From Fidelibacterota bacterium (GTDB lineage Bacteria; Fidelibacterota; Marinisomatia; Marinisomatales; TCS55): a DNA stretch of 13,775 bases. Position numbers and translations under genes: made by a program. The stretch covers positions 1 through 13,775 of the forward strand of contig JAPNQO010000001.1 in NCBI GenBank assembly GCA_027251445.1, given 5' to 3'. Shown one piece after another: positions 1 to 6,519 of this stretch. The notes beneath the pieces were generated by a model that was given only the letters and a program-made list of their open reading frames with translations, ran no database searches and was not told where the DNA came from. The number at the start of each line of letters is the position of its first letter. The stretch's first letter is position 1.

Positions 1-1
1 A

Positions 2-73
2 GGAATCATTATGCTTATTTCAACAGTATTATGGTATTTCTTTATCAAACGTCACAATCTGCTTATTGTTTAA
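2..73 (+). CDS. Possible 3' end of an upstream membrane-protein gene (partial)
   Basis: Frame 2 is open from the window edge and reads GIIMLISTVLWYFFIKRHNLLIV-stop (TAA 71-73), i.e. a hydrophobic helix followed by basic residues, typical of a last TM segment. It is too short to identify, and frame 1 is also open here. Confidence 0.3.
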   Translation, partial: GIIMLISTVLWYFFIKRHNLLIV

Positions 74-196
74 ATCGTCCTCAATTCATCTCTAACTAAC
101 TTTTAATAGAATAGTCTATAATATTATCATAACCTGATATTTAGATATATTTATCATTTATTTATTAATTAAATAAGTAATCTGAATAAAGTAGGG

Positions 197-210
197 TATA
201 CTCCCCGCGC
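197..210 (+). promoter_or_regulatory. Candidate sigma70 -10 box (TATACT) with GC-rich discriminator upstream of the helicase
   Basis: TATACT at 197-202 is followed immediately by CCCCGCGC in an otherwise extremely AT-rich intergenic region, about 35-40 nt upstream of ATG 244. There is no convincing -35 hexamer. Confidence 0.35.
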
Positions 211-243
211 ATTATCTTATAATTATTAATACATATCTAAAGT

Positions 244-1716
244 ATGAATTCTACCAAATCCAAAAACAAAGAATCGTTCCTAAACTTTTCATTAAAAAGT
301 GAGCTATTAAAATCTATTAAAGAGTTAGGTTTTAATAGCCCAACTCCTATTCAGAGTAAAGTTATTCCGCATTTAATGTCTTCTGATCAAGATTTAATTG
401 CTTCAGCGCAAACTGGCACAGGAAAGACAGCAGCATTTGGTTTACCTTTATTAGATTTGACTAATACAAAAGTTACCAATGTTCAGACACTTATTTTATG
501 TCCTACGCGAGAGCTTTGCATTCAAATCACAAATGATCTACTAAGTTATTCCAAATACTTGAAAAACATAAATATTCTATCCGTGTATGGTGGGGTTAAA
601 ATTGAAAAACAAATTAAATCTCTTAAAAAGGGACCTCAAATTGTAGTCGGTACTCCTGGTAGAACAAATGACCTTATTAGAAGAAAAAAATTGATTATTG
701 GAAATATTGATCGTTTGATTTTAGATGAAGCTGACGAAATGTTATCCATGGGTTTTAAAGAAGATTTAGAAGCAATTATTCAACAAACTCCCAAGAAAAA
801 ACAAATTTTATTGTTTTCAGCAACAATGACCCAAAAGGTGGTTGGAGTTACAAAAAAATACATGAAAAACTCCTTAGAGATTGCTGTTGCACGTGTGAAT
901 CGCGCTGCAGATAATGTTGAACATATATATTATGTAGTAAAACCAAGAGACAGATATGAAGTAGTAAAGCGAATTGCTGATATGAATCCAGATATATATG
1001 GAATTGTATTTTGTCGCACACGTAGGGAGACTAAAGACATTGCTATTAAACTAATGAATGATCATTACAATGCTGATACAATACATGGAGATTTATCCCA
1101 ATCCGAACGGGATGATGTTATGAGACGTTTTAGAAAAGGACAATTACAAATATTGGTTGCAACAGATGTAGCTGCTCGTGGATTAGATGTTGAAGATTTA
1201 ACGCATGTAATTAATTACAATTTACCAGATGATGATGAAATTTATATTCATAGGAGCGGAAGGACAGGTAGAGCAGGAAAAAAGGGTGTTTCAATTGCTA
1301 TTATTAACGGACGAAACATGAGAAAATTAAAAGATATTGAAAGAACATCTAAAATATCATTTAAAAAGAAAAATGTTCCAAGTGGATTAGATATATGCAA
1401 GAAACGTTTATATGCCCTTATCGATAAAATTGAAAAAGTCGATGTTAATGAGGATCAAATAAAGCCATTTTTACCCTACATATTTGAAAAGCTAAATTGG
1501 TTAGATAGAGAAAAACTCATTAAACATTTTGTTTCAACTGAATTCAATAGATATTTATCATATTATAAGGATTCAAAAGATGTCAATGAGGAGTCCTTTG
1601 AGAAGGTAGATAATAACAGAAAAACTAAAAGAAAAAGAAGAAATAGAAGAAAATTCTATAATTCAAAAAATAGTAATAGAAAAAACAATCGAAAAAGAAG
1701 AAAAAGAAGAAAGTGA
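244..1716 (+). CDS. DEAD-box ATP-dependent RNA helicase (DeaD/CshA-like) with Arg/Lys-rich C-terminal tail
   Basis: Full motif set: Q motif GFNSPTPIQ, I AQTGTGKT, Ia PTREL, GG, Ib TPGR, II DEAD, III SAT, IV VFCRTR, V ATDVAARGLD, VI HRSGRTGRAG. Confidence 0.96.
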   Translation: MNSTKSKNKESFLNFSLKSELLKSIKELGFNSPTPIQSKVIPHLMSSDQDLIASAQTGTGKTAAFGLPLLDLTNTKVTNVQTLILCPTRELCIQITNDLLSYSKYLKNINILSVYGGVKIEKQIKSLKKGPQIVVGTPGRTNDLIRRKKLIIGNIDRLILDEADEMLSMGFKEDLEAIIQQTPKKKQILLFSATMTQKVVGVTKKYMKNSLEIAVARVNRAADNVEHIYYVVKPRDRYEVVKRIADMNPDIYGIVFCRTRRETKDIAIKLMNDHYNADTIHGDLSQSERDDVMRRFRKGQLQILVATDVAARGLDVEDLTHVINYNLPDDDEIYIHRSGRTGRAGKKGVSIAIINGRNMRKLKDIERTSKISFKKKNVPSGLDICKKRLYALIDKIEKVDVNEDQIKPFLPYIFEKLNWLDREKLIKHFVSTEFNRYLSYYKDSKDVNEESFEKVDNNRKTKRKRRNRRKFYNSKNSNRKNNRKRRKRRK

Positions 1717-1836
1717 TAGTGTTTTCATTCTTTATCTAAAAGTGAACCAGATCACTGTATATAATCTCCATTATTAACTATATTAATTAAACATATTTCA
1801 TTATTTTACATAACTCGAATTTGATCTGATCTTATA

Positions 1837-4110
1837 ATGATTAATAAACTTAATAAAACTCTATTGATTTATCTGATTTTTTCAGGAATCATTTATTCTG
1901 CACCTATTGCAAGAATTATGAAAGCACAAGGAGATGTATTAATTAAGAGAATGGGTAAGAATGCGTTTACCATTCCTGGAAAAGCAGGCTTAGCAATTAA
2001 TAATGGTGATGCTATTAAAGTGGGTGAAGAAGGGTTTGCTGTGGCAATTTTTATCGATGATAAATCTGTCGTTAAAATTAGAGAAAAAACACAATTTGAA
2101 TTTATTGAATCTGCAAGCTCTAGAACGTTGGATGTTGAACAAGGCACCATATTTAATGATATTAAAAAGGAAGGGCGAACAAAAACATTTAGAGTAGAAA
2201 CACCCGTATCTGTGGCATCTGTTAAAGGTACCGAATTTGCAGTGGTTTCTAACCCATCAGGAGTTGATCAGGTATTTTGTGCAACTGGACAGCTTGATGT
2301 TCAAAATCTTATTAGTGGTCAAACCGTTTCTGTTGGTGCAGGAGAAAAGGCCATATCAAATTCCATGGGTAGTGTAATGGAATTACCTTTTACCCCAGAT
2401 GATTATCCTGCAGATCCAGAAGGAACGCAGCCAGATATGCCTACTAAGTCTCAACCTAAGCCAAAGACTACTCCTAAACCGCCAACACCTCAGCCAAAAC
2501 AACAACAACAGGTACAAGAACAAGAACCATCAGAACCTGAACCAGAGCCAGAGCCTGAACAACAAGAAAAGCAAATGGATACCAATGACAGTCCTTCGCA
2601 GGCAGAACCAAGTAAAAAATCTGCACCTAAAAAACCATTTGGTATGGGATTAGGAGTTGGATCAGTTACAATTGATGGTATCTTATATAATCAAATTGCG
2701 CTGAGACCAGAAATTAATCTTGGTAAGCTTGGCATTGGACTTGATTTAGTTTTTTATATGGATAATGAAGGAAACATGAAACAAGATGAGTGGGACTTTG
2801 AAAATGATCCAAGTAAAATTTTAGATAAAATTTTATATCTGCGTTGGGGTGATGAATCCGATCCGTTTTGGATAAAGTTTGGCTCATTAGATAATGTTAC
2901 GCTGGGATATGGTGGAATATTGAGTGGCTATTCAAATATGATGGAGTTTCCTGGTGTTAGAAGACTGGGCTTGAATACGGGAGTAAATATTGCTGGGTTT
3001 GGTGGTGAATTATTTATGTCTAATATGAAAGATTTTAGTCGAGGTGGTACATTACTTGGATTACGAGGTACGTATAAAGTGTCTAAATCTTTTCCTTTAA
3101 CCTTAGGAATGAATTTTATTACAGATATGAACCAATTTTCAGGTCTAAAAGATCTTGACGACGATAAATATCCTGATATTTTCGATGATTTTCCAAACGA
3201 TGCAAATTTATACAACGATACGGATGGAGATGGTGTACCTGATCCACATCCTGGAAAAGACGCGCCTGATGGCGGATGGGATATAGATGCAGATGGTGAT
3301 AATATTTATGATCAAGATGACTCTGAATTATTTTTAAAAGGTGTTCCATTTAGTCTTGATGATAATAAATCATCCGTAGTTGGATATGCATTTGATATTG
3401 GATACCCAATACTAAATGGAAAAGCATTTTCTCTAAAAGTATATACTGAATTTAACTTTTTAAGTTTTCCATCTGTAGGATCGCCAGATAGTATTTTTTA
3501 TCGTCCTGAATATACTGGTAATAGTTTTTCTGTTCCTGGCGTAAAAGCTAGCCTATTTAATTTTATTAATTTGAGTTATGAATTTCGCATTAAGAATGGT
3601 TATTACGTGCCTCAATTCTTTGATCAATCGTATGATATATCACGAGTAGTCCCTGAATATATTGATGGAAGTGCTATTATTAAGACCAAGGATATGACAT
3701 TATTTGCCGATTCATCAATGAATGTTGGTCTTATTGGGCATTTTGGATCACTTAGCGCAGATATGTTTGGGTTTGGAAATTTCTACGGTTCATATACAAA
3801 TATGACTTCAGAAACTGATACAGTAAATAGCTTTGTTGCTGCATTATCATTAAATGCTGAAAGAATTCCTAAACTAAGTGAAGCTACAGCATATTATCAA
3901 CGTACGAATGATAGCAACCCTTTTGATTTTGAAAACCCTTCCGTTAACACTGTACTTGGATATAGGCTTGGATATGAATTAGGTAAAGGAATAAGTGTAA
4001 TATGGGATTACCGTCAATTTTATCGCTATAGTGGAGCTTTAAATGAAGATGGCTCAGGTATTCTGGAACCAGTAATACAAACTACTGTTGAGACCTCATT
4101 CAGTTTTTAA
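1837..4110 (+). CDS. Exported protein: N-terminal FecR-like domain, Pro/Gln/Glu-rich linker, C-terminal putative outer-membrane beta-barrel with Asp-rich Ca-binding-like insert
   Basis: Signal-peptide-like N-terminus. FecR-type signature (GD.I..G...A...F.D.S; F.V.TP.SVASVKGTEF.V; G.V.V.AG). Low-complexity PKPK/EPEPEPEPE linker. Alternating beta-strand patterns, DxDxDG repeats and a terminal aromatic beta-signal-like end (ETSFSF). Confidence 0.75.
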   Translation: MINKLNKTLLIYLIFSGIIYSAPIARIMKAQGDVLIKRMGKNAFTIPGKAGLAINNGDAIKVGEEGFAVAIFIDDKSVVKIREKTQFEFIESASSRTLDVEQGTIFNDIKKEGRTKTFRVETPVSVASVKGTEFAVVSNPSGVDQVFCATGQLDVQNLISGQTVSVGAGEKAISNSMGSVMELPFTPDDYPADPEGTQPDMPTKSQPKPKTTPKPPTPQPKQQQQVQEQEPSEPEPEPEPEQQEKQMDTNDSPSQAEPSKKSAPKKPFGMGLGVGSVTIDGILYNQIALRPEINLGKLGIGLDLVFYMDNEGNMKQDEWDFENDPSKILDKILYLRWGDESDPFWIKFGSLDNVTLGYGGILSGYSNMMEFPGVRRLGLNTGVNIAGFGGELFMSNMKDFSRGGTLLGLRGTYKVSKSFPLTLGMNFITDMNQFSGLKDLDDDKYPDIFDDFPNDANLYNDTDGDGVPDPHPGKDAPDGGWDIDADGDNIYDQDDSELFLKGVPFSLDDNKSSVVGYAFDIGYPILNGKAFSLKVYTEFNFLSFPSVGSPDSIFYRPEYTGNSFSVPGVKASLFNFINLSYEFRIKNGYYVPQFFDQSYDISRVVPEYIDGSAIIKTKDMTLFADSSMNVGLIGHFGSLSADMFGFGNFYGSYTNMTSETDTVNSFVAALSLNAERIPKLSEATAYYQRTNDSNPFDFENPSVNTVLGYRLGYELGKGISVIWDYRQFYRYSGALNEDGSGILEPVIQTTVETSFSF

Positions 4111-4253
4111 TGAAAGAAGATAACTTAAAAACTGTTTTTAGATATGATTCAGGTGGTGCAGGATTTAAGAAGGTAACTTACTTCTTATTGATTTTAGCAG
4201 GAATTTTAGCTTTTTTTGGTTTTTATTGGATAAACTCATTTTTAGGAATATAG
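4110..4253 (+). CDS. Small single-pass membrane protein, 47 aa (not in ORF track)
   Basis: The ATG overlaps the upstream stop (TAATG at 4108-4112). The ORF MKEDNLKTVFRYDSGGAGFKKVTYFLLILAGILAFFGFYWINSFLGI fills the intergenic gap exactly and ends (TAG 4251-4253) 1 nt before the next ATG. It has a clear hydrophobic stretch preceded by KK. Confidence 0.72.
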   Translation: MKEDNLKTVFRYDSGGAGFKKVTYFLLILAGILAFFGFYWINSFLGI

Positions 4254-4254
4254 T

Positions 4255-4482
4255 ATGAAAATATCTATTGAATATTGCAACTCTTGAAACTATTTGCCAA
4301 GAGCGTCCAGGATGGCCGCTGATTTATTAGATAAGTATGGTAATAGCATAACTAATTTATCGCTAATTCCCTCTAGCGGTGGAGTATATGAAGTAATGAA
4401 AAACGATCAGGTAATCTTTTCAAAAAAAGAATTAAACAGATTTCCTGAATTAGAAGAATTAATTAATATTATTGAATCATAG
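4255..4482 (+). CDS. SelW/SelT/SelH (Rdx) family selenoprotein, 75 aa, Sec at TGA 4285-4287
   Basis: AGGA RBS at 4244-4247 and ATG 4255 give MKISIEYCNS-U-NYLPRASRMAADLL...LIPSSGGVYEV...IFSKKELNRFPE. This matches the Rdx pattern I.YC..U/C.Y...A, P..GG.FEV, SK....FP. The tracked 62-aa ORF (TTG 4294) is in the same frame but lacks the redox motif. Confidence 0.92.
4302..4320 (+). promoter_or_regulatory. Putative bacterial SECIS hairpin
   Basis: AGCG-T-CCA-[GGA]-TGG-C-CGCT: AGCG/CGCT and CCA/TGG pair around a G-led apical loop (4310-4312) that starts 22 nt after the UGA. It is a GC-rich island in an AT-rich gene. Confidence 0.7.
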
Positions 4483-5251
4483 TTCGTTTTATTTATTCTT
4501 ATTCTTTTTTATTGCATTTATAAATGCACAAACACCTGATATAATTCCTTTAAGTAAAAAGGTCGGCCTTACAGTTGATGCTGAGGAGAATATCTTTTAT
4601 CGTATATTTAATGATATTGATGGATTCTTTAGTGCTCAATTCTATGAAGTAGGAAATAATAAGATAGTGGTACAAATTGTTTTTGTTGATTTCAGTCAAA
4701 AAAGTGTACGAAGAAGAACAATGAAAATGACAGAATTTATTGATCTTCAACATCATGTTGATGCTCAACCTTTCATTACAGATATTGATAGAGAAGCTAT
4801 TAGTAAAAATCTGACTTATTTAACAACGATTGATATTATTGAATCAATTCCTCATGATCAATTTATCATCATTGAGCATCGTTCAGGAAAAAAGATACGT
4901 GGCTCTGTTTTAGGAATTGAAGACCGTTTAATTTCTATTCAAACTCCAATATCAGTAGAAACTATACCTATTTGGGATATGGCTAGCTTAACATATAGAA
5001 AAAAAATACGTGAAATACCAAAAATTAAAGGATTTTTATATGCAGTTTCTGCTTTAGGCGGTGTAATTTTAGCTGAGATATGGAATGAACAAACGAGGCC
5101 AAGAATTGATTTGATTTGGCATTTTCGATTCATAGGTACCGTTTTAGGGACGTTGTTTGGAGCTGAAACATATCAAGCTGTTAATATAATTTCATCTCCA
5201 ACAACATTTTTTGCATTAACTCCAGAAGAAATGGATAAATTAAAGAACTAA
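4472..5251 (+). CDS. Hypothetical exported/membrane protein with a possible Sm/LSm-like beta module and two C-terminal hydrophobic helices
   Basis: 259-aa ORF with a TTG start overlapping the selenoprotein 3' end. It has a signal-peptide-like N-terminus (FYLFLFFFIAFINA-Q), an internal I.HRSGKKIRG.VLG.....I.I......IP...M..L pattern, and C-terminal segments FLYAVSALGGVILA and FIGTVLGTLFG. The start codon is uncertain. Confidence 0.7.
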   Translation: MNHSSFYLFLFFFIAFINAQTPDIIPLSKKVGLTVDAEENIFYRIFNDIDGFFSAQFYEVGNNKIVVQIVFVDFSQKSVRRRTMKMTEFIDLQHHVDAQPFITDIDREAISKNLTYLTTIDIIESIPHDQFIIIEHRSGKKIRGSVLGIEDRLISIQTPISVETIPIWDMASLTYRKKIREIPKIKGFLYAVSALGGVILAEIWNEQTRPRIDLIWHFRFIGTVLGTLFGAETYQAVNIISSPTTFFALTPEEMDKLKN

Positions 5252-5265
5252 TTTAGGGAGATATT

Positions 5266-5733
5266 ATGCCAGATAATAATTTAGACGAGCAGATACCGGC
5301 ACCCGAATTATCTGAAAATCAAAAATATGTAAATGAAAAAGTTGCCACTCTCATTGATCAGATTGGTGATGAGTATGGAGAGTCACTCACACAACAATTA
5401 GTTCAACGATTAGATGCTACGGTAACAGATTTTCATGAAGAAGTAACGAACATGTTATCAGAATTAAAAGAAAGAACAGTTAGTAGACAGCAAAAATTAC
5501 GAGATGCATGGGATCATAGGTTTGACAGTAAACCTGAACCTGTAGCATCAGGTACGCCCTCTGAAACAACACAAGTAGAAAGTTCTGCGCAGGGAGATGT
5601 TGCAGGTAGTGAATGGGAGAAAAGATTAGAATCAATGGAAGCAGGTGATAAGGCAGAAGCAACTAAAAAAGATTCTGCAAAAGATGACAAAAAGAAAAAG
5701 AAAAAGGGGCTATTCGGTCGTAAAAAGAAGTGA
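5266..5733 (+). CDS. Hypothetical acidic helical protein with polybasic KKKKKKGLFGRKKK C-terminus
   Basis: Strong RBS (AGGGAG) upstream of the ATG. The N-terminal half is helical/coiled-coil-like, followed by a low-complexity linker and a polybasic tail. No family recognised. Confidence 0.8.
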   Translation: MPDNNLDEQIPAPELSENQKYVNEKVATLIDQIGDEYGESLTQQLVQRLDATVTDFHEEVTNMLSELKERTVSRQQKLRDAWDHRFDSKPEPVASGTPSETTQVESSAQGDVAGSEWEKRLESMEAGDKAEATKKDSAKDDKKKKKKGLFGRKKK

Positions 5734-6128
5734 CAAGGCCATATTGGTTCTTTCCAGAAAAATTAACTAAATATCTGATTTCCTATCTATTTATTTTTTG
5801 TACTATCGTATTTGGTCAGTACAATGAAAAGTTTATAGAATATAAATCACTTACTAAACGAGTATATAATTTTACAAAAGTAGAGTTTATAACAGAAGAA
5901 GGTGAGTTTAATGATGCTATTTGTACATTATTATTACCAGATTTAAGTGAAGACAGCCCACCTTTAGTAGCTATTTACTATAAAAAAACTAATTCTAACT
6001 GGTTTACAGAGTCTCTTTATCGTAAAAGAGTACGTTTTACCTTTCGGGATGGTGTTGTGAAGTTAGATCGTTCAAATTTTTGGGCGTGGGATGAATTAGA
6101 AGAGATCAAAGTGGTAATTATTTATTAA
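5730..6128 (+). CDS. Hypothetical protein, probably exported
   Basis: The GTG start overlaps the upstream stop (GTGA). A hydrophobic segment (YLISYLFIFCTIVFG) near the N-terminus is followed by a beta-rich soluble region. Confidence 0.6.
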   Translation: MTRPYWFFPEKLTKYLISYLFIFCTIVFGQYNEKFIEYKSLTKRVYNFTKVEFITEEGEFNDAICTLLLPDLSEDSPPLVAIYYKKTNSNWFTESLYRKRVRFTFRDGVVKLDRSNFWAWDELEEIKVVIIY

Positions 6129-6203
6129 ATAAAACACTTCATTTTATTTGATTTTACTTATTTTTAGATTTTATTTATTAATATTAAAGATTTTTGAAAA
6201 AAT

Positions 6204-6474
6204 GGTCGTGCTAGATGGGGAGTTAGCGGTGCTCTGTAACCTGCAATCCGCTATAGCAGGGTTTAAGTCCATAGAGCGGCTTAATGAATGTTAAATATAT
6301 AAAGTACGAAATGTTGATGTTTTAGCCCATTTCAATAAAATGTCATTGAACTCCGTCAGGCCCGGAAGGGAGCAGCGGTAGATGAATTATTTTATGTGTT
6401 GATGGATAACTAAGATTGAGTTTACGGCTTTTTTATATCTAATTATGATTTATGTCAATCTATGGTGCACGACC
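6204..6474 (+). ncRNA. ffs: Large bacterial signal recognition particle RNA (Alu + S domain, Bacillus scRNA type)
   Basis: Terminal helix GGTCGTGC (6204-6211)/GCACGACC (6467-6474). The Alu-domain sequence GGGGAGTTAGCGGTGCTCTGTAACCTGCAATCCGCTATAGCAGGG closely resembles B. subtilis scRNA. Helix 8 Ffh-binding motif CCGTCAGGCCCGGAAGGGAGCAGCGG (6353-6378) has a GGAA tetraloop. It sits in the classic position directly upstream of dnaX. Confidence 0.96.
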
Positions 6475-6519
6475 GCTATAAATATTGCGTAACTTGTAAT
6501 GTGTAAATAATACAAATTC

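Noticed and set aside
1741..1756. Inverted repeat AGTGA-N6-TCACT after the helicase
   Set aside because: Only a 5-bp stem with no U-tract; insufficient to call a terminator or operator.
2455..2565. Short DNA repeats (CAA runs, GARCCW units) as a CRISPR or VNTR-like array
   Set aside because: They are degenerate codon-level repeats explained by the Pro/Gln/Glu linker, with no repeat-spacer structure.
1893..3349. Short alternative-frame and antisense ORFs inside the 757-aa gene (1893-2150, 2003-2197, 2399-2653, 2928-3215, 3119-3349)
   Set aside because: They are fully nested shadows of a long coherent CDS, with no recognisable motifs.
4285..4287. TGA as a nonsense mutation (pseudogene) or an alternative genetic code (UGA=Trp/Gly)
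   Set aside because: The position coincides with the catalytic Sec/Cys site and is followed by a SECIS-like hairpin. TGA terminates several conserved genes at their expected ends.
4294..4482. The 62-aa ORF starting at TTG 4294, as given in the track
   Set aside because: It is a truncation artefact. It has no RBS and lacks the CxxU motif; the real gene begins at ATG 4255 and reads through TGA.
6127..6149. Inverted repeat AAATAAAA/TTTTATTT after the 132-aa ORF
   Set aside because: An A/T-only stem is expected by chance in this composition and is too weak for a terminator call.
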